From an uncultured Rikenellaceae bacterium (GTDB lineage Bacteria; Bacteroidota; Bacteroidia; Bacteroidales; VadinHA17), in NCBI GenBank assembly GCA_963770745.1, contig CAVYRA010000001.1:123020-187019 (forward strand): 64,000 bases of DNA, read 5' to 3'. Position 1 is the first letter of the stretch, and the number at the start of each line of letters is the position of its first letter. The notes under the pieces were generated by a model. That model worked only from the letters and a program-made list of their open reading frames with translations. It did not search any database and was not told the origin of the DNA. Both the position numbers and the translations under genes were made by a program. Of the stretch, positions 19,553-28,761 are shown one piece after another.

Positions 19553-22430
19553 AATTGAACGTCTCAAACCTGTACGAATCTATCGGCGCGCAGGTACACA
19601 CCAGGTTACGGTCACCGTAACCGTTATCAACCCTCCCCACCGTTGGCCAGAACTTGTTCTCGACGGTCCATTTAAGAGGATAGGCTGCCTTCTCCCGCGG
19701 ATAGGCATGTGCCCAGCTGTCGGAAATGACTGCGGCAGCAGTATGTGGTGCATTCTTAAGTACGTTGTCCACCCTGTCAGCCGACCCATTCTTTATCTCA
19801 TCGATCTCCCGCCATATGTTCTTCATGGCATCGATGAACCTGTCGAGTTCAGCCTTTGGCTCTGACTCCGTAGGCTCAACCATGAGTGTTCCGTGCACAG
19901 GAAATGAGAGTGTGGGAGCATGGAAGCCGTAATCCATCAGCCTCTTGGCGATATCCGACTCATCCACGCCTGACTCCTTGAATCCCCGGCAGTCGAAAAT
20001 CATCTCATGTGCACAACGGTTGTTTTCCCCGGTATAGAGGACCTTGTACATGCTTCCCAGGGATGCGGCAATATAGTTTGCGTTCAGAATGGCATACACC
20101 GTTGACTTTGTAAGCCCTTCAGCTCCAAGCATCATCACATAGGCATGGCTGATGGTCAGGACATGTGCGCTGCCAAACGGTGCTGCCGCCACAGCAGTGA
20201 TACCATGGCTGCCACCGGTCTTCACAACCGGATGCGACGGGAGAAACTCCGCCAGCTTCGTGTTGCAGAGGATGGGACCCATGCCCGGACCGCCACCACC
20301 GTGAGGTATGGCAAATGTCTTGTGCAGGTTGAGATGGCAGACATCCGCACCGATGCGCCCCGGGCTCGTCAGCCCTACCTGCGCGTTCATGTTTGCTCCG
20401 TCCATGTAAACAAGACCACCGTTCTCATGAACTATATCCGACATCTCAACGATGGCCTCCTCAAAGACACCGTGCGTCGAGGGATAGGTTATCATCGCAG
20501 CGCTGAGGTTATCACGGTGCTCAACAGCCTTCTTCCTCAGGTCATCAACATTGATATTACCCTTCTCATCGCACTCTACAACAACTACCTTCATGCCGGC
20601 CATTGCTGCGCTGGCGGGATTTGTGCCATGGGCTGATGACGGGATGAGTGCCACATCACGGTGGCCCTCATTCCGGCTGATATGATACTGCCTGATGACC
20701 ATCAGTCCTGCATACTCACCGGCAGCGCCTGAGTTGGGCTGGAAAGATACCGCATCAAAACCGGTTATCTCCTTCAGTGCCTCTCCCAGCTCTTCCATCA
20801 CCTTATGATACCCCTCTGCCTGGTCGGCAGGAACGAACGGATGTATGTTCCCGAACTCCGGCCAGCTCATGGCGAACATCGAGGCAGCAGGATTGAGTTT
20901 CATGGTGCACGACCCCAGTGGTATCATGCCATTGGCAAGAGAAAAGTCCTTCCGCTCCAGCATCTTGATGTAACGCATCATGTCAGTCTCGCTGTGATAG
21001 CTGTTGAAGGTGCGCTCCTGCAGGAACGGCGATGTACGTTTAAATTTATCGTCAACACAGAAACAGTCACACAATTCTGTCACCTCCTCAGCCTTTTTAC
21101 CTGCCGCCTCGGCGAACACGGCAACGATGTCATTGATATCCCTGAGAGTGGTGAGCTCATCAGTGCTTATGACAGCACAGTTGGCGCACGGATACCAGAG
21201 GTTGATACCCTTGCTGAGAGCAATCTTCTGTATCATATCGGCAGTGACGCCGGTGACAGCCTGCACGCGAACCGTATCAAAGAACTGCTCATGTTTGATG
21301 GTGTATCCCAGTCCCTTCAGTGCTTTTGACAGTGTGCATGCCGCTGAGAAGATATTCATGGCGATGCGCCTGATTCCCTCCTGGCCGTGATACTGGGCAT
21401 ACATTCCTGACATGGTAGCCAGCAGAGCCTGTGCAGTGCATATGTTTGACGTGGCCCTCTCACGCTTGATGTGCTGCTCACGTGTCTGCAGAGCCATGCG
21501 CAGTGCCTGGTTGCCGTGGATATCTACGGACACTCCGATAATTCTTCCAGGCATGTTGCGCTTCAGCTCATCACTGGTGGCGAAGAAGCCGGCATGCGGA
21601 CCGCCGTAGCTCATAGGAAGGCCGAAGCGCTGATTAGATCCATAGACTATGTCTGCACCCCACTCACCCGGAGGTGTCAACAGGGCGAGGCTCATCAGGT
21701 CTGTTCCTACTGCAACAAGTGCGCCGGCACCATGCACCTTCTCTGCCAGCTCACGGTAGTCACGTATCTCACCGCAGGCAGCAGGATACTGAACAAGCAC
21801 CCCGAAAAGGAGGCTCTCAGGCTCAATCTGAGTATAGTCAACAAACTGTATATCAATATCAAGCGGTGCAGCACGGGTCACAAGCACGTCACGGGTCTGC
21901 CTGAAGACAGAGTTGTCAACAAGGAACCGGTTTGCACCGGCCTTAACCTTGTCACGCGAACGGGCATTGTACAACATGATCATCGCCTCTGCAGCAGCAG
22001 TCGCTTCATCGAGGAGTGAGGCATTGGCTATATCCATGGCGGTAAGGCTGGTCACCATGGTCTGGAAGTTCAGGAGCGCCTCCAGCCTGCCCTGGGAGAT
22101 CTCAGCCTGGTATGGGGTGTACGAAGTATACCATGCCGGGTTCTCAAGCACGTTGCGTATGATCACCGGCGGCACTGCCACCCCGTAATAACCCTGGCCG
22201 ATGAACGACCGGTACTGCTTGTTGCGCTTGCCCAGTTCCCTGATATGAGAGAGATACTCAATTTCACTCATGGCGGGAGGAAGGTTAAGAGGCCTGTCAA
22301 GCCTGATTGATGCCGGAACAGTCTGGTCTATCAGCTGATCGGTGGAATCAACGCCAATGGTCTTGCACATCTCAAGGGCTTCGCTGTCGCGCGGTCCGAT
22401 GTGACGGTTAACAAAATGATCAGATGTCAT
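19536..22430 (-). CDS. gcvP: Glycine dehydrogenase (glycine cleavage system P protein)
   Basis: YTPYQAEISQGRLE, REQHIKRERATSNICT, MIPLGSCTMKLN and HLNLHKTF (PLP lysine) motifs. Confidence 0.98.
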   Translation of the reverse strand: MTSDHFVNRHIGPRDSEALEMCKTIGVDSTDQLIDQTVPASIRLDRPLNLPPAMSEIEYLSHIRELGKRNKQYRSFIGQGYYGVAVPPVIIRNVLENPAWYTSYTPYQAEISQGRLEALLNFQTMVTSLTAMDIANASLLDEATAAAEAMIMLYNARSRDKVKAGANRFLVDNSVFRQTRDVLVTRAAPLDIDIQFVDYTQIEPESLLFGVLVQYPAACGEIRDYRELAEKVHGAGALVAVGTDLMSLALLTPPGEWGADIVYGSNQRFGLPMSYGGPHAGFFATSDELKRNMPGRIIGVSVDIHGNQALRMALQTREQHIKRERATSNICTAQALLATMSGMYAQYHGQEGIRRIAMNIFSAACTLSKALKGLGYTIKHEQFFDTVRVQAVTGVTADMIQKIALSKGINLWYPCANCAVISTDELTTLRDINDIVAVFAEAAGKKAEEVTELCDCFCVDDKFKRTSPFLQERTFNSYHSETDMMRYIKMLERKDFSLANGMIPLGSCTMKLNPAASMFAMSWPEFGNIHPFVPADQAEGYHKVMEELGEALKEITGFDAVSFQPNSGAAGEYAGLMVIRQYHISRNEGHRDVALIPSSAHGTNPASAAMAGMKVVVVECDEKGNINVDDLRKKAVEHRDNLSAAMITYPSTHGVFEEAIVEMSDIVHENGGLVYMDGANMNAQVGLTSPGRIGADVCHLNLHKTFAIPHGGGGPGMGPILCNTKLAEFLPSHPVVKTGGSHGITAVAAAPFGSAHVLTISHAYVMMLGAEGLTKSTVYAILNANYIAASLGSMYKVLYTGENNRCAHEMIFDCRGFKESGVDESDIAKRLMDYGFHAPTLSFPVHGTLMVEPTESEPKAELDRFIDAMKNIWREIDEIKNGSADRVDNVLKNAPHTAAAVISDSWAHAYPREKAAYPLKWTVENKFWPTVGRVDNGYGDRNLVCTCAPIDSYRFETFNLGSRE

Positions 22431-22686
22431 ATTCAAGTGAGTTATTTTTTTTGTTTCAGAAGGGACTGAGCGAAATTAGCATAAAGGCAGTAACAAAAAA
22501 AAGCATATAAATCATGATTCATCATAATAGAATCAAATTTAAGGTATGATAGTATATCGAAGTTTTGATTTTTTTAATTGTTGTGTTTGTAAACAGGAAA
22601 AAGAAATACAGTGATTTCGGGTAAACGAAGTGCGGTAAGTTTGGGTTCAAGAGTGCAGTGTTTTGAGCTTTGGAATCATTGGTGTG

Positions 22687-23322
22687 TTACACGAAAAAAG
22701 GATTACTCTTCATCTCTTCCCCGATTGTAGTCTCAGGGCCGTGCCCGGCATAGACAATAGTATCCGGAGGAAGAGTGAACAGCCGGGTCCGGATATTCGT
22801 CATGAGCTGTTCATGGTCGCCGCCAGGCAGGTCGGATCGCCCGATGCTGCCTGCGAACAGGGCATCACCGGTAAAAATAACTCCTTCCTTTTCCGAGTAA
22901 AAGGCAATCCCTCCCGGCGAATGGCCCGGGACAGCGATTACTTCGAAGCTTATGCCTGCCGCAGTCACCACTTCACCGTCGGACAGATAGCCCGCCGGCG
23001 CAGGCGGCTCCTCCATGTCGAGACCAAACATCAGGGCGTGGTTTGTGGCTCTTGCATGGTTACTGCTGTCACCGGCATGAAACCATGACCTCAATCCGTA
23101 TCGCTCAAGCATGAACTTGTTGCCGAAGATGTGGTCAAGATGACAGTGAGTGTTGAGGAGCATTAGCGGTATCAATGCCCGTGCCGTGAGAAAGTCCTCC
23201 AGCCTCTTCTCCTCGGCCGGTCCGTAACATCCGCAGTCTATTATGATGCAGCCTCCTGCATCGCCTTCCACGATATAAGTGTTGACCTGGATTGGTGAGA
23301 ATACCTCTTTATATATCTTCAT
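22687..23322 (-). CDS. MBL-fold metallo-hydrolase (glyoxalase II-like)
   Basis: THCHLDH, PGHSPG, FTGDALF and GHGPETT motifs. Start reassigned to MKIYKEV. Confidence 0.92.
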   Translation of the reverse strand: MKIYKEVFSPIQVNTYIVEGDAGGCIIIDCGCYGPAEEKRLEDFLTARALIPLMLLNTHCHLDHIFGNKFMLERYGLRSWFHAGDSSNHARATNHALMFGLDMEEPPAPAGYLSDGEVVTAAGISFEVIAVPGHSPGGIAFYSEKEGVIFTGDALFAGSIGRSDLPGGDHEQLMTNIRTRLFTLPPDTIVYAGHGPETTIGEEMKSNPFFV

Positions 23323-23326
23323 GTTG

Positions 23327-23989
23327 TCACTCTCTTTCGTTGCCATTTGCAATGCCTTTAAGCATGGGAACAAAAACAAAATTGCCGTGGGTGGTTATTT
23401 CCCAGTCATCTTCCCCCCGGCGGCAGTAAAGCGTCATCACCTGCGAATCACGGTCGCCGCACGGTACCACCAGGCGCCCGCCCGTACGTAACTGCCTGAG
23501 CAGCTTGTCAGGCACCTCTGCCGTTGCAGCCGTGATAATGATTCCGTCATATGGTCCGTACTGAGGCTGGCCCTCGTAACCGTCGCCGAGGAAAAAGTGG
23601 ATCCGGTACCCAAGCGAGCTGAGCATAAGCTGTGCCTTCCGGTAGAGTTCCCTCTGACGCTCAATAGTATAGACCTTCACCCCCATCTCAGCCAGTATGG
23701 CCGCCTGGTAACCGGAGCCGGTACCTATCTCAAGCACCTTGTCCCTCTTCCCGACGCCAAGCAGCATGGTCTGTACGGCTACCGTGTATGGCTGAGAAAT
23801 GGTCTGCCCGGCAGCAATCGGAAACGCCTTGTCCTGGTACGCATGGTTCAGGAACGCATCATCCATAAACAGATGACGCGGCACGCGCCCCATGGCCTCA
23901 AGCACCCTCTCATTACTGATGCCCTTGCTCCGCAGTTCCTCTATTAGCCTCTTTCTCTTACCTTTAGCCTCAAATGACTCTTCAATCAT
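23327..23989 (-). CDS. pcm: Protein-L-isoaspartate O-methyltransferase
   Basis: VPRHLF, GQTISQPY, VLEIGTGSGYQAA and FVFVPM motifs. Start reassigned to MIEESFE. Confidence 0.95.
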   Translation of the reverse strand: MIEESFEAKGKRKRLIEELRSKGISNERVLEAMGRVPRHLFMDDAFLNHAYQDKAFPIAAGQTISQPYTVAVQTMLLGVGKRDKVLEIGTGSGYQAAILAEMGVKVYTIERQRELYRKAQLMLSSLGYRIHFFLGDGYEGQPQYGPYDGIIITAATAEVPDKLLRQLRTGGRLVVPCGDRDSQVMTLYCRRGEDDWEITTHGNFVFVPMLKGIANGNERE

Positions 23990-24020
23990 TTCTGCATGAT
24001 TTTGGTCTAAAAATAACAGA

Positions 24021-24028
24021 TATCTTTG
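24021..24028 (+). promoter_or_regulatory. -7 box (TATCTTTG) for the sugar transferase
   Basis: TAnnTTTG about 20 nt upstream of the ATG at 24049. Confidence 0.55.
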
Positions 24029-24048
24029 CATATCGCTTGCGAACACTG

Positions 24049-25560
24049 ATGAAAAAATTAGCGCGCAGAATCAGACTGTCCTATATTTTAGCCGATTTTG
24101 CAGGCGCGGCGGTAGCTTGGGGACTCTTCTACCTGTTTCGCAAGTACTTTATTGAGACACGTTTATACGGCGATTATTTCCGGATGGAGCTGGGCAACAA
24201 GTTCTGGTTTGGGATATTTCTCATTCCGCTCTTTTTTCTTTCTGTGTTTGTCATGGCCGGGTTCTATTCCGACCCGCTGCGACGCTCACGGCTGCTTGAA
24301 TTCGGGAAATCACTCGTGGTAACCCTTGCATCAGTGGTAATCCTCTTTTTTGCGCTTATCCTTGATGATGCCATAGGCCATTACGCCACATATTACAGGT
24401 CATTCAGCGCTCTGTTCCTCCTTGTGTTTTTGCTGACATGGATTCCACGGTTCATAATCACCTCCCGGGTCTCCGATAAAATACACCGGCGCGAGGCCGG
24501 TTTCAGAACACTGATAATCGGCAGTAACGGTAAGGCGGAGAAGCTGGTAGGCGAGATAAAGAATGAAAAGATGCCGGCGGGGAATCTCCTGACAGGCTAT
24601 ATAAGCGTTAATGGCCCTGCAGGTGCCCGGATGACCGGAGAGCCGTTGGCGGGGGGGCGGCTGGCAGGGAGACCGTTTGCCGGGGAGAAGCCGGACGGAG
24701 AGCGGCTGATCGGAGAGATACTGGCCGGAGAGGTGCCATGCCTCGGAACTGCCGGAGATATCGTTAATGTCATTGAAAACTATGAAATTGACGAAGTCAT
24801 ACTGGCCCTGGAAGAGAGTGAGTATCATGTTGTGGAGAACATAGTAAATACCATTTGCTACCGCGATGTACTGGTCAAGGCGGTGCCGTCTATGAGGCAT
24901 GTCATAGCCGGGCATGTGGAGGCAGGTCCCATTTATGCCACGCCCCTGCTGCGGGTATCATACAGGGAGATGCCACACTGGCAGCAGATGGTCAAGCAGA
25001 CGCTCGACTATACTCTTTCAGCTGCCAGCCTTATTGTACTCTCCCCGCTGATGGCGATGCTGGCTCTCCTCATACGGTCATCTGGCAAAGGTCCTGTTAT
25101 CTTCAGGCAGGAGCGAATCGGCCGCCATGGCAAGCCGTTCATGATATACAAATTCAGGTCAATGGAAGACGACGCCGAGGCCGGCGGCCCGCAGCTGGCG
25201 GTGGAGGGTGATGCACGCATCACACCGCTGGGAAGGTTCATGAGGAAGCACAGGTTTGATGAGATGCCCAACTTCATCAATGTACTCAGGGGCGAGATGT
25301 CTCTTGTAGGACCGAGGCCGGAGAGGCGTCATTACATCGAAAAAATAAAGCAGAGGGCGCCCTACTACAACAGGGTTCTGGCTGTCAAGCCCGGCATCAC
25401 ATGCTGGGGACAGGTAAAGCTTGGCTATGCTTCAGACCTTGACAAAATGCTTGAGAGGCTTGACTATGACCTGCTCTACCTTGAAAATGTCTCTCTATAT
25501 CTCGATCTGAAGATTATTTTCTATACCCTGGGAACAATAATAAGAGGTAAGGGAATTTAG
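24049..25560 (+). CDS. Polyprenyl glycosylphosphotransferase (bacterial sugar transferase, WcaJ/WbaP-like)
   Basis: Reads on the + strand; the ORF track label '-' is wrong. Four N-terminal TMs, then FRQERIG, YKFRSM, DEMP, GEMSLVGPRPE and VKPGITCWGQV motifs. Confidence 0.93.
   Translation: MKKLARRIRLSYILADFAGAAVAWGLFYLFRKYFIETRLYGDYFRMELGNKFWFGIFLIPLFFLSVFVMAGFYSDPLRRSRLLEFGKSLVVTLASVVILFFALILDDAIGHYATYYRSFSALFLLVFLLTWIPRFIITSRVSDKIHRREAGFRTLIIGSNGKAEKLVGEIKNEKMPAGNLLTGYISVNGPAGARMTGEPLAGGRLAGRPFAGEKPDGERLIGEILAGEVPCLGTAGDIVNVIENYEIDEVILALEESEYHVVENIVNTICYRDVLVKAVPSMRHVIAGHVEAGPIYATPLLRVSYREMPHWQQMVKQTLDYTLSAASLIVLSPLMAMLALLIRSSGKGPVIFRQERIGRHGKPFMIYKFRSMEDDAEAGGPQLAVEGDARITPLGRFMRKHRFDEMPNFINVLRGEMSLVGPRPERRHYIEKIKQRAPYYNRVLAVKPGITCWGQVKLGYASDLDKMLERLDYDLLYLENVSLYLDLKIIFYTLGTIIRGKGI
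24619..24738 (+). repeat. In-frame degenerate 15-nt tandem repeat (8 units, xG(E)xx) inside the sugar transferase
   Basis: Encodes AGARM TGEPL AGGRL AGRPF AGEKP DGERL IGEIL AGEVP. Confidence 0.75.
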
Positions 25561-25561
25561 A

Positions 25562-26248
25562 TCAGTAGTAGATAGTAACTGTCCATGCTCCGGGCTTGTT
25601 TATCACGAATCTGACATCACAGTTCAGCAGGGCTGCATGGAAGGCATTCGGGGCACTGAAAGTGACCCTTCCCTCGAAGGGAAATTCAACATGCTCAAAT
25701 CCGATCATGGTGTCAGTTATGCTTTCCGATCCCGAGCTTCCGGTGAGCAGCAGATCAGTTATGGCGCCGCTTGACGCCTCCCCTCCCCGGGTAAATTTCA
25801 GCCTGATATAGGTGGGGGTTTTTCCCATCTTCATGCAAGTCACCCTCCCGACTCCCTGGCGGTACAGGATGGCGTAATCGGACACTGGATCCTCACCGAT
25901 GTAACGGTCTTTTTTCCAGACACCGGCAAGAATTGAATCCCTCCCCATGTAATTCGTCGTAAAGACACCGTAGCCATGACGCAGTCCCTTCTCCCACTCG
26001 CCCTCATACCTGTCACCGGTATACCAGATGTATGTTCCGATACCCTGAGGAAGACCCTTTCTGAAATCGCCCTTGTACTGGTCGACCCCAAAGGCTTCGC
26101 CGATGCCGTGCGCCAGTCCCTTATTACATTCTCCGGTATAGAAATCACCAATCTTCGGGGCAAGTACTTTACACGGGCCTTGCGGATGCACCGGCAGCCA
26201 GATCAGGGAAAGGAAACATGCTGCGATGAAAAGCACTTTCGCTTGCAT
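25562..26248 (-). CDS. Secreted MORN-repeat protein, paralog 1
   Basis: Signal peptide and YxGxFxxG/YEGEWEKGLRHGYG repeats, ending WTVTIYY. Confidence 0.8.
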   Translation of the reverse strand: MQAKVLFIAACFLSLIWLPVHPQGPCKVLAPKIGDFYTGECNKGLAHGIGEAFGVDQYKGDFRKGLPQGIGTYIWYTGDRYEGEWEKGLRHGYGVFTTNYMGRDSILAGVWKKDRYIGEDPVSDYAILYRQGVGRVTCMKMGKTPTYIRLKFTRGGEASSGAITDLLLTGSSGSESITDTMIGFEHVEFPFEGRVTFSAPNAFHAALLNCDVRFVINKPGAWTVTIYY

Positions 26249-26264
26249 AGTTCGTGGTTTTTGT

Positions 26265-26951
26265 TCAATAAAATATAGTCATCGTCCACGCTCCCGGCTC
26301 ATTGATAAGGAAACGCAGCTCGCAGTCCAGCAGGGCCGTATTAAACGCATTGGGTGCAGTGAACTTTATCCTCCCTTCAAAGGGGAAGTCAATATTCTCA
26401 TATCCGACCATATTGTTGGTCAGATTTTCACTGCCGGAGCTTCCGTTTGTCATCAGGTTACTGATGGAAACCGTTGACGACTCACCCGATCTGCTGAACT
26501 TAAACTTGACGTAGTGAGGGGTGGTCCCCATCTTCATAAGGGTTACCCTTCCCAGGTTACTTTTGTACTGAACGACATATGGCGGGAGCTTCTCCTGACC
26601 TGTATAGATATCGTTCTTCCATATGCCGGCCTGTAATGAATCTCTTCCCATGTATTTTATTGTATAGGTACCCTTTCCTTCTCGAAGGCCGCTCCTCCAT
26701 TGTCCTTCATATTTCTCACCCGTCTGCCAGACGTAGGTACCTGTTCCCTCCGGCAGACCTTTTCTGAACTCGCCCTTATACTGGTCAATTCCGAAAGCCT
26801 CGCCGGTACCGTTTGCGAGTCCCTGTTTACATTCTCCGGTATAGGAATCCCCGATTCGGGGAAGGAGTACCTTGCAGGAATTCTGGGCATAAATTGTGCC
26901 GATCGATATCGGGACAATGAGCATTGTCATTAACAGGACTAACTTTTTCAT
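26265..26951 (-). CDS. Secreted MORN-repeat protein, paralog 2
   Basis: Start MKKLVLL, YKGEFRKGLPEGTG and YEGQWRSGLREGKG repeats, ending WTMTIFY. Collinear with 25562-26248. Confidence 0.8.
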   Translation of the reverse strand: MKKLVLLMTMLIVPISIGTIYAQNSCKVLLPRIGDSYTGECKQGLANGTGEAFGIDQYKGEFRKGLPEGTGTYVWQTGEKYEGQWRSGLREGKGTYTIKYMGRDSLQAGIWKNDIYTGQEKLPPYVVQYKSNLGRVTLMKMGTTPHYVKFKFSRSGESSTVSISNLMTNGSSGSENLTNNMVGYENIDFPFEGRIKFTAPNAFNTALLDCELRFLINEPGAWTMTIFY

Positions 26952-27025
26952 GTATTTAGTTATGTAATTACAGAATAACCGCCGCAAAAACTGCGCCACA
27001 TAAAGTTACGGTTTTTATTTAAACA

Positions 27026-27051
27026 GAAAGAGAGCCGCAGGGGCTCTCTTT
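27026..27051 (-). terminator. Hairpin terminator downstream of susD-like gene
   Basis: GAAAGAGAGCC-GCAG-GGCTCTCTTTC, a perfect 11-bp stem followed by TGTTT on the minus strand. Confidence 0.75.
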
Positions 27052-27070
27052 CATATCATCATACAATGTG

Positions 27071-28744
27071 TTATTTCACATCGGTCACTGTGGGAATCGG
27101 ATTCTTGCGGGTATGCCACCACATCTGGCTCTGAATGCCGCTCGTGCTGAACATGCCTTCATTAATCTGCTCAATTTTCTCAGCAATCTGGGCAGCAGCT
27201 AAATTATCCGTATTGTAAGTCTGCTCGCTCAATGCGTATTGCAGCCTGATCGGAAGACCCAGGTTCGGATAATATGATCCTTCAAGTTCATATTCGAATA
27301 TCCTGGCTGGGAAACCGGTCCTTCTGACCTCTGCATAAGCCTCTATACCCTGGCCGAATATTGAAGCCCATTTCTGTTCGCAGATCTTCTGGAACTTCGC
27401 GGCCGTGGTACCAGACCATGCTACAAGCGGATTGCTTAGATAGGTGGTGTAATTAACAGGGTAACCGGTAGAACCGACAGTAATGTCGCCGGAGAAGCCC
27501 CATGAGGGATACACCGTACTGCCGTTAGCCAGACCCCATCTTGCCATTGAAGCAGCAATACCAGCCTCGTATGCAGTCTGAGCAGGTCCATCCTGATTGG
27601 TCCTGAGGTAATGCTCTGCCTTGAGGAATTGAACCTCGTCATAGGTCATAACCTTGGAAGTTGCAGACTCATCAAAAGCGATTGCAGTTCCGAGCATTGA
27701 GACCTCCGGAAATATGGCAGCAACAATACCACGACCATTCTGGAACCCAACATAGTCAAGAGTTCCTGAAGTTACCGAGTTAAGTGTTGGTGCGGCATAT
27801 ACATGCAGTCTCGGGTCATTGCGGGCCTCGAGCCAGTCAACCATGGTTTCGGAAATGGCCTGGTCCTTCCTTGCAAACAGGGTGTTAAATATCGGATTCC
27901 TGTACGGAATTCCCGGCCATACCAGTTCGGCGTTCTCAGCATTCGAGGTAAAAATCGGATACTGAGTAGGGTTAGCCAGTATGGCAGCCATCCTTGTGTC
28001 TGCATCAGACATAGCTGCAGCACCTGCAGTTGTTGTGACGGTACCGCCACCGGCCATGTTGTAAGTGAATGACCATGGAGTGCCTGCAGCACGGTTGAGC
28101 ATCCTGAGCTTCAGTGAGTTGGCAAACTTCCTCCAGAGAACGGGGTCACCGCCATAGAGAATATCACCACCTCCGAAGTTAAGGGTTGTTCCTGTCAGCA
28201 GGACATTAGCCTCCTCAAGCTCTGCGAGGAGAGCAGGATAGATTTCCTCCTGGAGATCATACTTCGGTGTCATTATACCGTCCTGGACCAATCCCTGCAA
28301 AGCCTCACTGTAAGGGACATCGCCCCAGCCGTCAGTCAGGTACAGAAATGTCCACACTCTCAAAACCTTTGCAGCACCCATAAGGCGATCATTGCCTTCT
28401 TCAGCTGCTTTTGCCATTACAATCTCAAGGTTTTTGAGTTCACTTGTATAAGGACCTTCAAAATATCCGGACAGGTCACGAGGCATGTATTTATCTTCAT
28501 CAATGTACTGAATCTTGCACCACTGCTGCGACCAGTTACCCAGGTAGGTATGCTGCATCCAGCCGCCAAGCTGACGGTTGACTGCGTTATATACTGCATT
28601 GGTGAAGATATTTATTGCAGGTACATCCACCGGGTTGTTGGGATTTTTGTTCATCTCTTCAAAACCCTTCGTGCATGAGGAGAGAAGACCCACTATCAGT
28701 AGCAAACCCAGTATTAATTTTTGTGTTTTCATTATGTATTTCAT
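27071..28744 (-). CDS. SusD/RagB family nutrient-binding lipoprotein
   Basis: Lipobox LLSSC, NKNPNNP, WGDVPYSEAL, WRKFANSLKLR and EVRRTGFP motifs. Start 28744 or 28732. Confidence 0.92.
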   Translation of the reverse strand: MKYIMKTQKLILGLLLIVGLLSSCTKGFEEMNKNPNNPVDVPAINIFTNAVYNAVNRQLGGWMQHTYLGNWSQQWCKIQYIDEDKYMPRDLSGYFEGPYTSELKNLEIVMAKAAEEGNDRLMGAAKVLRVWTFLYLTDGWGDVPYSEALQGLVQDGIMTPKYDLQEEIYPALLAELEEANVLLTGTTLNFGGGDILYGGDPVLWRKFANSLKLRMLNRAAGTPWSFTYNMAGGGTVTTTAGAAAMSDADTRMAAILANPTQYPIFTSNAENAELVWPGIPYRNPIFNTLFARKDQAISETMVDWLEARNDPRLHVYAAPTLNSVTSGTLDYVGFQNGRGIVAAIFPEVSMLGTAIAFDESATSKVMTYDEVQFLKAEHYLRTNQDGPAQTAYEAGIAASMARWGLANGSTVYPSWGFSGDITVGSTGYPVNYTTYLSNPLVAWSGTTAAKFQKICEQKWASIFGQGIEAYAEVRRTGFPARIFEYELEGSYYPNLGLPIRLQYALSEQTYNTDNLAAAQIAEKIEQINEGMFSTSGIQSQMWWHTRKNPIPTVTDVK

Positions 28745-28761
28745 AATCAGATGCATTTAGG

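Noticed and set aside
22431..22686. Glycine riboswitch upstream of gcvP
   Set aside because: The region is AT-rich with no recognisable glycine aptamer core (GGAGA...CCGAAG...CTCTCAGG).
23974..25560. ORF track lists the 528-aa sugar transferase on the minus strand
   Set aside because: The given translation (MTLQSFLHD...) reads directly from the + strand at 23974. It is annotated here as +, with the likelier start at 24049.
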